Positions 39,165 through 49,392 of a DNA stretch of 64,000 bases are shown here, piece by piece (position 1 is the first letter of the stretch; each line of letters starts with the position of its first letter). The DNA comes from Promethearchaeota archaeon (lineage in GTDB: Archaea; Asgardarchaeota; Lokiarchaeia; Sigyniarchaeales; SOKP01), in NCBI GenBank assembly GCA_048938005.1, contig JBHLMQ010000009.1, positions 32,001 through 96,000 on the forward strand. Reading direction: 5' to 3'. The notes beneath the pieces are model-generated. The model was not told the DNA's origin, did no database searches, and was given only the letters and a program-made list of their open reading frames with translations. The translations under genes and the position numbers were made by a program.

Positions 39165-40090
39165 CCGAGAACTACTGGAATTATAAAAACTATAATCATT
39201 AAATAAATATAATATACTGTTATTATTGAGACGAGGATAATCCGATACAAATTTTTATTCTTTTCCTTTTTAATATTCTCTAAAAATATTATCAATAATA
39301 ACCCAATGAACGTTAAATGGGATGGTTGTAAAGCTTTCCACAGGATTGAATCAAAAAATAAAATTCCTTTTATTTCAGCATCACTATGCCACCAATTAGT
39401 CACCATTTGAAAGAAGTAATCAGGAAAGACCATATAAGGAATACATATTATAAAAAATGGAACTAGGAAATATATTAAATCTTTCCACTTTATTTTTCTA
39501 ATTATAAGTAAGACTGGAAGAAATAATATTGCAGTTATTTTAAACGTAGCAAGAGTAAATAATATACCAGCAATCCATTTTTTATCTCTTTCTAAAAATA
39601 TAAATGAATAAAATAAAAAGAATGAAATTAAAAAATTGACATTATTATAATACGCATCAATACTAAAACCAATTATACTCAATATATAAAAAATCAGTAA
39701 ATCCTTTTTGTTCTTAAATACTTTTGGAGATTCCCTAACTACAATAATAGTTAGAATTAATCGTAAAACATCCCAGATATAAACTCCTATTATAATATTG
39801 TTAGGTATTACATATATTGGAAAAAATATGAAATACCAAAAATAAAGATAATAAGGCGGCCAATCTGAAATCGCAATATCGTCATAGAAATTAATCAAAC
39901 CATTATTCATACCTTCTATAAGAATTTTAAAATCAATATCCTTCGTTTGTTTAACCCACTCAGAGATGGTAAAGAAATATAAAAAAATTCTCAAAATGAT
40001 GAGAGTAATAGTGATAATTGTAAAAAAATAAATAAAATACAAATGAAGTAAGGATTTTTCCCCATTGTCCATAGTAATTTGATTACTCAT
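39161..40090 (-). CDS. multi-pass membrane protein, GT-C/DUF2029 (GT87-like) glycosyltransferase
   Basis: About 8-9 TM segments, DIDF, WPPYYLY, AGILFTLATFK. Confidence 0.6.
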   Translation of the reverse strand: MSNQITMDNGEKSLLHLYFIYFFTIITITLIILRIFLYFFTISEWVKQTKDIDFKILIEGMNNGLINFYDDIAISDWPPYYLYFWYFIFFPIYVIPNNIIIGVYIWDVLRLILTIIVVRESPKVFKNKKDLLIFYILSIIGFSIDAYYNNVNFLISFFLFYSFIFLERDKKWIAGILFTLATFKITAILFLPVLLIIRKIKWKDLIYFLVPFFIICIPYMVFPDYFFQMVTNWWHSDAEIKGILFFDSILWKALQPSHLTFIGLLLIIFLENIKKEKNKNLYRIILVSIITVYYIYLMIIVFIIPVVLG

Positions 40091-40327
40091 AATTTAGCTT
40101 CAATCTAATTATTATAGAGTATTAAGAGAAATTTAAAAGACTTACTTTCAGTTTAATTATAAATTAAAAATCATTATTAGTACATAAAGAATTAAAAACT
40201 CTCCTAGATCCAAATTTATTTAAACTTTAATAGTGTACTATTTTAAATTTGATTGTAATGAGAAATATATTAACCTTATAACATTATCTTATCATTGGAA
40301 AAAATTTGAAAAGATTTTAAAAATATT

Positions 40328-42181
40328 GTGAAAGTTAGTAAAATTAAAAAAATAATAGATGCTGATAAAATTGCTGCTGGTGAAGTTGTTGATAGGCCAG
40401 CAAATGTTGTAAAAGAGCTTATTGAGAATGGTATCGATGCACAAGCATCAGAAATAAGAATCCTTGTTAAAAAAGCTGGAAAATTCTTAATTCAAGTAAT
40501 TGATAATGGTATCGGTATCCCATCTGAAGATATTGAATTGGCTTTTCAGAGACATACGAGTAGTAAAATTAGAACTATTGAAGATTTAGAAACACTTTCT
40601 ACTTTAGGCTTTAGAGGAGAAGCACTTGCAAGTATAGCAGCTGTAAGTAAAGTTGAAATAATTTCTCGAGTAGAGTATAAAGAGAAAGGAGTGTATTTAC
40701 ATATCGAAGGGGGAAAAGTCATAGATAAAAAAGAAATTACTTGCCCTGTTGGAACAAATATTAAAGTACAAAATTTATTCTACAACCTCCCTGCTCGGCA
40801 AAAATTTCTGAAAAAAGATGCTACAGAATTAGGTCACATCACAGATATTGTACAGAGATATTCTTTGGCATACCCAGAACTCCATTTCATTTATCGTCAT
40901 AATACATTAGATATACTTAATTGTCCTGCATCAAATGATTTAAAAACAACAGTATTTCATATTTATGGAAAACAAATTGCAAAATATATGGAACCTTTTG
41001 AGTATATCGAAAAAGAGATTAAATTCCAGATAAGTGGACTATTAGGACATCCTCAAATAGCTAAAAAAACCAGATCTTATTCAAGCTTGTTTATTAACAG
41101 GCGTTATATAGTTAGTGATGTGTTATTTAGGGCAATTAGTGAAGCATATGAAGGAATTTTAATGGTAAGTAAATATCCTTTTTTTATTATATTCCTTGAG
41201 CTTGATCCGTCTGTTATTGATTTCAATGTTCATCCAAAGAAACTTCATGTGAGATTCGAAAGAGAGGATTTTATTTATAATAAAGTATACAATATCATTC
41301 AGAGTTATGTTGAAGATAAATTTATAGTCAAGGAGGCAAAATATATATCTACAGAATTAGAGGATTTTATACCTTCTGAAAAGAAAGAAATTTCCGCAAT
41401 TAGAAAAATCTACGAGAATCAGATTAACTATAAGGAATCATCTTTAGAAGAACTTGTAAAACCAGAACAAAGTGTACAATTAAGCTTGAAAGATCAGATA
41501 ATTGAAGATAAAGTATATAAAAAAATAACATCTGAAGCATTTTTACGAGAAAAATATATAATTTCTAAGAACTTTCCAAAACTACGTTTAATTTCTCATA
41601 CGGGTCAATTAAGTAATAAAATATATGTTGTTTTAGAGGGTATTAACGAAAATAATGAAGATGGATTATTTATTTTAGATCAACATGCAGCTTCAGAACG
41701 GATAAACAAGGAGAAATTCTTAGAAGCATATAAAACTTCTAAAATGATTAAACAAAAACTAATCTCTCCATTAAAAATTGAAGTATCTCCAAGTGAGAAA
41801 ATATTTTTAGAGGCTAATTTATATGAAATTAAAAAGTTGGGATTTAATTTTGAACATTTTGGTGGACAAACATTTATTTTAAGAGAAATTCCTACTATTA
41901 TGGGAAGAGTTCCAGATCTCAATATAATAAAAGAAATTATTAGTGATATAACCAAGATTGGTAAGGATAAAAGTTTTTCAGAGGTCACAGAAGAAATAAT
42001 CAATTATTTATCATGTCATAAAAGTATTAGAGGAGGCGATGATCTCTCTTTAAAAGATGTTAGAGATCTATTAATTGAATTATCAAAATGTAAAGATTCT
42101 TATCACTGTGCTCATGGAAGACCCACTTTAAGATTTTTTTCTTATAAAGAATTAGATAAATTATTTAAAAGAATTGTTTGA
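40328..42181 (+). CDS. mutL: DNA mismatch repair protein MutL with endonuclease motif
   Basis: IAAGEVVDRPANVVKELIEN, DNGIGI, TLGFRGEALASI, DFNVHP.K, DQHAASERINKE, SCH, CAHGRP. Confidence 0.96.
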   Translation: MKVSKIKKIIDADKIAAGEVVDRPANVVKELIENGIDAQASEIRILVKKAGKFLIQVIDNGIGIPSEDIELAFQRHTSSKIRTIEDLETLSTLGFRGEALASIAAVSKVEIISRVEYKEKGVYLHIEGGKVIDKKEITCPVGTNIKVQNLFYNLPARQKFLKKDATELGHITDIVQRYSLAYPELHFIYRHNTLDILNCPASNDLKTTVFHIYGKQIAKYMEPFEYIEKEIKFQISGLLGHPQIAKKTRSYSSLFINRRYIVSDVLFRAISEAYEGILMVSKYPFFIIFLELDPSVIDFNVHPKKLHVRFEREDFIYNKVYNIIQSYVEDKFIVKEAKYISTELEDFIPSEKKEISAIRKIYENQINYKESSLEELVKPEQSVQLSLKDQIIEDKVYKKITSEAFLREKYIISKNFPKLRLISHTGQLSNKIYVVLEGINENNEDGLFILDQHAASERINKEKFLEAYKTSKMIKQKLISPLKIEVSPSEKIFLEANLYEIKKLGFNFEHFGGQTFILREIPTIMGRVPDLNIIKEIISDITKIGKDKSFSEVTEEIINYLSCHKSIRGGDDLSLKDVRDLLIELSKCKDSYHCAHGRPTLRFFSYKELDKLFKRIV

Positions 42182-42243
42182 AAGGTTAAAAATTTATAAA
42201 AAGAAGATAATTTTTCTTTAAAGTAGGAATTAGTTATTCCTCT

Positions 42244-42510
42244 TTATGCTTTTGAAAAAGCTATGGCCTCAATACCCTGTATCCCTTCAACTTGCCTAAG
42301 TAATTCTTCAAGTTTATCTGTCCCTCCCCATTCTTCTGGATATCTTACTCGAACTCTCACTTTTTTCAAACCAAATGCAACAGGTAATATATCATATTGT
42401 TCAATAGTACAAATTTCAGGCAGAACAATTTTTAATTTATCAACAAATTCCTCAAAATTTATATCAATTTCCTCTGGAACAACATCAATTAACGCAATAA
42501 ATTCTCCCAT
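42244..42510 (-). CDS. ef1b: translation elongation factor aEF-1beta
   Basis: PVAFGLKK, GGTDKLEE..RQVEGI; follows the Zn-ribbon gene as in many archaea. Confidence 0.88.
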   Translation of the reverse strand: MGEFIALIDVVPEEIDINFEEFVDKLKIVLPEICTIEQYDILPVAFGLKKVRVRVRYPEEWGGTDKLEELLRQVEGIQGIEAIAFSKA

Positions 42511-42600
42511 TTCATATCAATTCTTTTTATTTTTTCAATAATGCCAAAAAATCAAATATAATTAACTCATTCAAAGTATAAAGCTTAAAATCTTTTCCTT

Positions 42601-42777
42601 TTAAGGGCCTTCAAAATCACACTTTAGGCATCTATAAGATTTGCCCATTTCCCGACATCGTTCACACCTCCAGATAGTTACATCCCCACAGGCAGGACAA
42701 GGGAAATGAACTGCCGCTTCAAAAGGTGCTATAGGCTTCTGGCACCCAAAGCAAAAATTCCTTTTATAAGTACTCAT
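42601..42777 (-). CDS. small Zn-ribbon protein (DUF1610/HVO_2753-like), not in ORF track
   Basis: Manual translation MSTYKRNFCFGCQKPIAPFEAAVHFPCPACGDVTIWRCERCREMGKSYRCLKCDFEGP*: four CxxC motifs and terminal FEGP; conserved archaeal position upstream of aEF-1beta. Confidence 0.9.
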   Translation of the reverse strand: MSTYKRNFCFGCQKPIAPFEAAVHFPCPACGDVTIWRCERCREMGKSYRCLKCDFEGP

Positions 42778-43020
42778 AGATTAAAAGATGTTACTCTAAT
42801 AGAACTTAGATTTTAAAATATATGATGACTTTAATTATTTTTGGTTTTCAAAATTGAATCTAATAGAAATATATTAATCTATTTTCAATTATTAAAAATT
42901 TGATTTAAATTGATTTAATCATTTTTTAAGAAACAGTGAATTAAATTTTAAATTTATAAACACCTTAATTTGCATATAAAATATCTAATAAATTTAAATT
43001 CATGTTTAAAGAGAACTTAA

Positions 43021-43551
43021 ATGCCAGAAAATAAAGTGAAGAAATACTTCTCATTAATAGAGGCATGGGCTTGGTGTGATATCTGCGAAGATATGGTAGC
43101 TTTAAATATAGACAAAAAGGAAATCATAAACGGGCTAAAAATGGGGATTTATACTAAAGAATATAAGCATTCTAACCAATTGCCTGATCTAGACGATCCA
43201 GATGATTTATCTGGAAAAGAACATACAATTTATGTATACATAAATGATAATTTTGATGTTACTGGTGTAAAGAGTTTCTTTGGCGCCTCTCCAAGTACAG
43301 AAGAAATTGGTGCAGAAGTAACACAAGAAGGTGGAGAAGTTAGGATACCTATAGTAGTAAAGGAGATTCCACCAATGGCAGTGCAATTAGGAATGCTTAA
43401 TAAGGAACAGTTTAAAGTGTTAAAGATTTGCGACGGAATGAATACACTTGAACAAGTCGCTGCAATAGCACAGAAAAGCGTAGAAGAAATAGAAGATATG
43501 ATGAGTGACTTGAGAAATAAAGGATTGGTTAAAGTTATTAGAAGAACTTAA
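43021..43551 (+). CDS. hypothetical protein: CxxC/His N-terminal domain plus C-terminal winged helix
   Basis: WCDIC, YKH, EHTIYVYIN; C-terminal VLKICDGMNTLEQVA...LRNKGLVKV. Confidence 0.7.
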   Translation: MPENKVKKYFSLIEAWAWCDICEDMVALNIDKKEIINGLKMGIYTKEYKHSNQLPDLDDPDDLSGKEHTIYVYINDNFDVTGVKSFFGASPSTEEIGAEVTQEGGEVRIPIVVKEIPPMAVQLGMLNKEQFKVLKICDGMNTLEQVAAIAQKSVEEIEDMMSDLRNKGLVKVIRRT

Positions 43552-43587
43552 TAAAAAGATATAGAACGCAAATATTTAATTAGCAAT

Positions 43588-44127
43588 TTATCCATTACTT
43601 TCCATCATTTTTTTTGCTATAAATTCGAAAATCTGTTCTACATTTACACCAGTTTTGGAAGAACATTCGATATATCCTTGTAAATTATAGGAATTCGATA
43701 ACTCTATAGCTTCTTCAGTTTCAACTGATCTTTTATCCTCCAGATCCGATTTTCCCCCGACCATTACAATTGGTATTTTTTCTTCTGATTCGGAGACAAA
43801 ATATTCAAAAATTGATAACCAATCTTGAATATCTTTTATCGTTGAATATCTTGTTATATCAAACATGAAAATGCCCCCATCTGCGCCTTTGGCAAAACTA
43901 GGTAAAAGTACTCTAAAACGTTCTTCACCCGCAAAATCCCATATTCGAAGAGTCACCATTTTACCATCGATTTCAACATTCTTAATGCTGAAATCAGCGC
44001 CTATTGTCATCTTAATATCTTCTTCGAATATTTTTGTTACAAATCTTCTTATCAATGTTGTTTTTCCGACTCCTCCTGCTCCAAAAATACATAGTTTAAA
44101 AGCTAGTTTTTGTTCGATATTCAACAC
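43588..44127 (-). CDS. Rab-like small GTPase
   Basis: G1 GAGGVGKT, G2 MTIGADF, G3 WDFAGEERF, G4 GGKSD, G5 CSSKTG. Confidence 0.93.
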   Translation of the reverse strand: MLNIEQKLAFKLCIFGAGGVGKTTLIRRFVTKIFEEDIKMTIGADFSIKNVEIDGKMVTLRIWDFAGEERFRVLLPSFAKGADGGIFMFDITRYSTIKDIQDWLSIFEYFVSESEEKIPIVMVGGKSDLEDKRSVETEEAIELSNSYNLQGYIECSSKTGVNVEQIFEFIAKKMMESNG

Positions 44128-44387
44128 CTTGCTCGAGATCTAAAAATTTTTCTTTTTCTAGATTATCTGATTTAATCTTTAAAAGTATTTTTTTATCTAA
44201 AGTAATTTAAGTTTTATTATTTATGTTATTTATTTTTTATGCTCATTCCCGCCATATTGTTAATTTTACCGGTTTTTGATACTGAATAATAAAGCTAAAT
44301 CCTAATAAAAAAGTATTGATATGTTTTAACTTTGAGTTAATAAATTAGTTTATCAATGCATAATACATAAAAAATAATAATTTAGAC

Positions 44388-44807
44388 TTACTTAATAATA
44401 TCTGTTATAAAACAGGTCTCAATTATCTTAATTCCGGTAATTTGAGATATTTTATCCTCGATTAATGGATTGAATTTATCGATCGATTCAATATCAACTT
44501 TCAAAAGTAAACCACAATCTCCTGATAGCCGCCATATGTTAGAAATTTCATCAATTTTCATTAATTCTTTCAAAATTCGTTTAATATCTTTAAAATCAGG
44601 CTCAATTTTTATGGTTGCGTAGATTTTCTGTTTTGAATCGATATCATAATCGATTGTAAATTTTTTTATTATTCCCTCTTCCAGTAATTTTTTCACACGC
44701 CTTCTTACGGTTGCTTCTGTTTTCTTTACATTTTCAGATATATCATTGAATGACATTCTGCTATTTTCTTTAAGGAGTTCCAATATTTTAAGATCTACAA
44801 TATCCAT
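44388..44807 (-). CDS. Lrp/AsnC family transcriptional regulator
   Basis: DLKILELLKENSRMSFNDIS..V..TEATVRRRVKKLLEEGIIKKFT; C-terminal RAM domain (LSGDCGLLL). Confidence 0.92.
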   Translation of the reverse strand: MDIVDLKILELLKENSRMSFNDISENVKKTEATVRRRVKKLLEEGIIKKFTIDYDIDSKQKIYATIKIEPDFKDIKRILKELMKIDEISNIWRLSGDCGLLLKVDIESIDKFNPLIEDKISQITGIKIIETCFITDIIK

Positions 44808-44947
44808 TCTATTTAAATTTTGAAAGATTTGATATATCTAATTTTAAAATTTTTTTACTTTCACTATTAAAATATGATAATTCGTTTATTAATTCATTCC
44901 TAATAATTGAGTGAGGATTTAATCCATAATCTCTATATAATTAATTT

Positions 44948-45238
44948 TTAACTTGCTTCTAAATGTTTTTTGAGATCAATAAGAAGCGTTTTCTCTTTTC
45001 TATCTTTATGTTTAATTACAACTTTTAAGAGATTTCCCTCAATTGAGCTATCAATAAGTTTAATTTCTCCTAGTTTTTCTAGATCAGGTTCTAATTTTTC
45101 TCCAACTTTAGTTTTGGATTTTAAACATGTTCTGTATTCATCATATAAATAGCAGTGTTCACAACAAAAACCTATGGGCATATAACCTACAATAGAACAC
45201 TTCTCAAAAAAGTCGCAATTACAATTCTGACACATCAT
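44948..45238 (-). CDS. small Cys-rich metal-binding protein
   Basis: 8 Cys in the first 38 aa (CQNCNC...C...CCEHC...C). Confidence 0.65.
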   Translation of the reverse strand: MMCQNCNCDFFEKCSIVGYMPIGFCCEHCYLYDEYRTCLKSKTKVGEKLEPDLEKLGEIKLIDSSIEGNLLKVVIKHKDRKEKTLLIDLKKHLEAS

Positions 45239-45536
45239 TATACTATTAGAATTTTTTGTATTTAAACATAATTATTAATTTTGAACATATGGCGATCTTT
45301 ATTAATAGATTTGATCAAATTCGGCAATTTTTATTGATCGTTTATCGTAAATTCATGTTAAATAATCTAAATATTTCAAAGGAGTAAAATTTTTACAAAA
45401 TTTACAATTTAGAAACAGTTTTGAATAAAATATAACTTCTTTCTGAATTTTTGTTATTCATTTATTCTAAAAAATTTATTAAATCTGTTTTAATTTTTCT
45501 AACCATCGAAAAAGATGGATAAATATACTTTTAGAC

Positions 45537-46037
45537 ATGTCTGTAATAAATTTTGAGTTTCGAAATGAAGTTCTTAAACATAATGCTTCTCTAACCTACT
45601 GTTATCAATGTAGTACTTGTAGCGGAGGATGTCCAGTTGCATTAATTACTAATGGAAAATATAACCCGAGGAAAATTATTGAAGAAGCAATACTGGGACT
45701 TCAAGATAAATTGTTAGAAAGACAAGAACCTGATCCATGGTTATGCTCAACGTGCCAAACCTGTGTTGAATTGTGCCCTCAAAAAGTAGAGCTCACAGAA
45801 ATTTTCACCTTAATTAAGAATTTATGTTTTGAAGCTGGAAAAAAAGTACCAGATGCTTTTATAGCTCAAGGACAAGCGGTTTTAGACCACGGAGTCGCAA
45901 TCCCTTTTTCAAGAGCTATATTAACACGCAGAGAAAAATTGGGTCTTCCTACAATCAAAACAGCTCCAGTTGACGAAATCAAAACAATTTTAAAAGAAAC
46001 TGATTTTGAAAAACACATATCAAAGGGGGTTGAGTAA
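45537..46037 (+). CDS. hdrC: heterodisulfide reductase subunit C
   Basis: CYQCSTCSGGCP, WLCSTCQTCVELCPQ. Confidence 0.9.
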   Translation: MSVINFEFRNEVLKHNASLTYCYQCSTCSGGCPVALITNGKYNPRKIIEEAILGLQDKLLERQEPDPWLCSTCQTCVELCPQKVELTEIFTLIKNLCFEAGKKVPDAFIAQGQAVLDHGVAIPFSRAILTRREKLGLPTIKTAPVDEIKTILKETDFEKHISKGVE

Positions 46038-46040
46038 AAA

Positions 46041-46916
46041 ATGTCCTACGATCTGTTTTTAGGATGTGTGATTCCTGCAAGGTTACCTTACTTAGAAACT
46101 TCCTCAAGAAAAGTGTTTGAAAAGCTCGGAATTAAGCTAAATGATATTGAGGGTTTTTCTTGTTGTCCAGACCCGACAGGTATAGAGCTACTTGATGAAA
46201 AAACTTGGTTAGCATTAGGAGCGAGGAACTTAAGCCTCTGTAATACTAATGGTGGTGTATTATCTTTTTGTTCTGGCTGTGTAGAAACATTAAAAGGAGT
46301 TAATTATGCGATTAATAAAGGTTCTCATGTTAAAGAAGAAATAAATAAAGTTTTAAAAAAAGTAGGAAAATCTTACGATGGTAAAGTCGAAGTAAAGCAC
46401 TTTGCTCAGGTACTTTATGAATATTTGGATAAAGTTAAGACATATATAGAAAAACCGTTAGATGGATTTAGAGTTGCTGTTCATTATGGATGCCATTATT
46501 TAAGACCTTCTGAAATTATCAATTGGGATGACCCTTTTGAACCAAAAACGATAGACGAAATAGTTAGAACACTTGGAGCAGAATCTGTAGAATATGAAAT
46601 GAAAATGGAGTGTTGTGGGAATCCCGTTGAGAAATCTGATAAGGATTTATCGCTCTTAATGATTGACCAAAAGCTTAAGGCAATCCAGGAAGCAGGAGCA
46701 AATTGTGTTGTAGTTGTTTGTCCAGCTTGTTATCAACAATATGAATTTAATCAGAGGGAACTTAATAAGAGAAATGAATCTAATTATGAATTTCCTATAT
46801 TTTATTTGTCAGAATTAGTAGCTTTAGCATTTGGTTTTAAGCCAGAAGAATTAGGGTTTAATTTCCATCGAATTAGACCAAGTAAATTATTTGAAAGTAT
46901 TAATTTTACAATTTAA
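46041..46916 (+). CDS. hdrB: heterodisulfide reductase subunit B
   Basis: FLGCVIP, FSCCPDP, AVHYGCH.LRP, CCG, VCPACYQQY. Confidence 0.92.
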   Translation: MSYDLFLGCVIPARLPYLETSSRKVFEKLGIKLNDIEGFSCCPDPTGIELLDEKTWLALGARNLSLCNTNGGVLSFCSGCVETLKGVNYAINKGSHVKEEINKVLKKVGKSYDGKVEVKHFAQVLYEYLDKVKTYIEKPLDGFRVAVHYGCHYLRPSEIINWDDPFEPKTIDEIVRTLGAESVEYEMKMECCGNPVEKSDKDLSLLMIDQKLKAIQEAGANCVVVVCPACYQQYEFNQRELNKRNESNYEFPIFYLSELVALAFGFKPEELGFNFHRIRPSKLFESINFTI

Positions 46917-46946
46917 ATTTTTAAAAAAAAAAAGATTTGATAATAA

Positions 46947-48071
46947 ATGACAGAAGTTAAGCCCAAAAAAACTATCCTAAAAGATGTTAAAATCTTCAAG
47001 AATCTTGAAGATGAAATTATCAAAACTAATAAATGCTGTGCATGTGGTGCGTGTGTGGCCTATTGCAGCTCACAAGGTTTTGATGTTATCAAAATGGAGG
47101 GATATACCCCTCGATTCATTTCAGATGCGAATGAGGAAAATTGTAAAGAATGTGGTCTTTGTTATTATATATGCCCTCAAACAGAGCCTTTAATGAAGCA
47201 AATAAATGAAGAATATCGTATTAAGGATGAGATTGGATATATTCAGGATGTGATTGCCGCAAAAACAACTGATGAAAAAATCAAAGAAATAGGACAAGAT
47301 GGAGGTTTAGTTACAACACTTCTAATGTATTTATTTGATAAAAATAAAATTGATGCCGCGGTAGTATCCGAATACGATGAGAAATTACAACCTATTCCAA
47401 AAATTATCTATAATAAAGAAGATCTATTAAAATCTTCTGGAACTCGATATTCTATCTCATCAAATATCTTGGCATTAAAAGATCTTTATAGTATCGCTGA
47501 AGAAATAGTAGAAAAACATCACCAAATCTATGATATTAATCAAATTCGCATGGCTTTCGTAGGTACTCCTTGTCAATGCAGGGCAGTTAGAAAAATGCAA
47601 CTTTTAAACATAAGCCCTACTCATGTTATTAAATATGTATTTGGCTTATTTTGTATGGAAAATTTTGATTATGAAAAGTTATTCCAGCTTGTAAAAAAGG
47701 AAACTAATGAGGATCCCACAAATATAGCAAAGATGAATATCAAAAAGAATTTTTTCATAACTAATAAAGAAAATAAAGTTTATGAAGTCGAACTTAAAAA
47801 GTTTGATGATGCAGTACGAAATCATTGCCATGAATGTGATGAATTTACCAGCAGATTTGCAGATATCAGTTTTGGTGGTTCCGGGGCTGTTCAGCAAAAT
47901 TCAATGGTAGTTATTCGTACAGAAAAAGGTCAGGATTTAATTAGAGATGTAATTATTGCTGGATATATTAATAAATTTACTCCTAAGAAATCTACTATTG
48001 AAGAATGGAAAGCTAGTAAAATAGATTTATTTCGAAGAATGACAAATAACAAAATTAATAAACAAAAATAG
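46947..48071 (+). CDS. FrhB/FpoF-like coenzyme F420-dependent oxidoreductase subunit with N-terminal ferredoxin
   Basis: CCACGAC, CKECGLCYYICP, GQDGGLVT, GTPCQ, GLFCMENF, CHEC.EF...ADISFG. Confidence 0.85.
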   Translation: MTEVKPKKTILKDVKIFKNLEDEIIKTNKCCACGACVAYCSSQGFDVIKMEGYTPRFISDANEENCKECGLCYYICPQTEPLMKQINEEYRIKDEIGYIQDVIAAKTTDEKIKEIGQDGGLVTTLLMYLFDKNKIDAAVVSEYDEKLQPIPKIIYNKEDLLKSSGTRYSISSNILALKDLYSIAEEIVEKHHQIYDINQIRMAFVGTPCQCRAVRKMQLLNISPTHVIKYVFGLFCMENFDYEKLFQLVKKETNEDPTNIAKMNIKKNFFITNKENKVYEVELKKFDDAVRNHCHECDEFTSRFADISFGGSGAVQQNSMVVIRTEKGQDLIRDVIIAGYINKFTPKKSTIEEWKASKIDLFRRMTNNKINKQK

Positions 48072-49385
48072 GTGACAAATTTGGGAGAAAATTCAAAATC
48101 AGTTCTCATTATTGGAGCAGGAATTGCTGGTATCCAAGCAGCATTAGATTTAGGGGATATGGGAATACAAGTTCATTTAATTGAGAAACAACCTTGTATT
48201 GGAGGAAGAATGGCTCAATTGGATAAAACCTTCCCTACACTTGATTGTTCAATTTGTATCCTTGCTCCTAAACTTTCAGAATGTTATAGACATCCTAATA
48301 TTACGCTTCATACCCTTTCAGAAGTTCAGAAGGTAGAAGGGTCAGTTGGTAATTTTACTGTTGATGTCCTTAAGCACGCACGGTATATTAAGGAAGACGT
48401 CTGTACGAATTGCGGTGATTGTGGCACCATTTGTCCAGTAAGAGGTATAACTAACTTCTTTGATGCTAATTTAGCTACTCAATCAGCTGCCCATATTGCC
48501 TTTCCTGCAGCGGTACCTGCAGCTTATAGTATCGATCCAAGTAAATGTTTATATTTAAATTATGGAATATGCGGATTATGTTATCAAAATTGTGGTGCGG
48601 ATGCTATTGATTTCACGCAAAAAGATTCAGTGCTTACTTTAAATAATGTTGGAGCAATTATAGTTGCTACTGGTTTGGATTTAGCAGAGGATATCCATAC
48701 CTTAAATATATATGGCTATCAAAAATATGATAATGTAATCACAGCAATGGAACTTGAGAGATTAATTTGCGCTTCAGGACCACAGGCAGGTCATTTAAGC
48801 AGATTATCTGATGGGAAGCATCCTAAAAAAATAGCTTTCCTTCAATGTATTGATTCAAGGTCTCAAAAAGGACAAATGTATTGTTCATCTATTTGTTGTA
48901 TGTATACAACAAAAGAGGCAATGATAGCATACGAACATGATAATGAATTAGAATCTTATGTTTTTTATATCGATATGAGAGCAGGCGGTAAAGGTTTTCA
49001 AAAGTTTCTACAAAGAGGAGCAAAAGAGTATAATATTAAATATATTAAAAGTAAAATTTCGCATATTGAAGTTGATGAGAATGAAAATCCAATCATCACC
49101 TATGAAGATTATGAGACATCTGAAATAAAACAATTAAAAGTAGATTTAGCTGTTTTAGCTACATGTATAATCCCATCAAGAGGGATTTATGAATTAGCAG
49201 ATGTTTTAGGGATTGATTTAAATCATTATGATTTTGTAAAAACGAATCCATTTATGCCTGTAGAAACTAGTGTAGAAGGAATTTATACTTGTGGATGTGC
49301 TCGCGAACCAATGGATATACCTCGTTCCGTTGCAGAAGCAAGTGGAGCAGCAGCACGAGCGGCAGAAGTAATTAAAGGAGGTTAA
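48072..49385 (+). CDS. hdrA: HdrA-like flavoprotein (first half of a split double-HdrA)
   Basis: IGAGIAG, GGRMAQLDKTFPTLDCSICI, ferredoxin insert, YCSSICCMY; likely start TTG 48081 after SD-like AGGTGA. Confidence 0.88.
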   Translation: MTNLGENSKSVLIIGAGIAGIQAALDLGDMGIQVHLIEKQPCIGGRMAQLDKTFPTLDCSICILAPKLSECYRHPNITLHTLSEVQKVEGSVGNFTVDVLKHARYIKEDVCTNCGDCGTICPVRGITNFFDANLATQSAAHIAFPAAVPAAYSIDPSKCLYLNYGICGLCYQNCGADAIDFTQKDSVLTLNNVGAIIVATGLDLAEDIHTLNIYGYQKYDNVITAMELERLICASGPQAGHLSRLSDGKHPKKIAFLQCIDSRSQKGQMYCSSICCMYTTKEAMIAYEHDNELESYVFYIDMRAGGKGFQKFLQRGAKEYNIKYIKSKISHIEVDENENPIITYEDYETSEIKQLKVDLAVLATCIIPSRGIYELADVLGIDLNHYDFVKTNPFMPVETSVEGIYTCGCAREPMDIPRSVAEASGAAARAAEVIKGG

Positions 49386-49392
49386 AAAGATT

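Noticed and set aside
46947-49385. TAG of the frhB-like gene is followed directly in frame by GTG of hdrA, suggesting amber readthrough or a fusion
   Set aside because: The junction AGGTGA is better read as an SD for TTG 48081, and there are no pyl genes in the window
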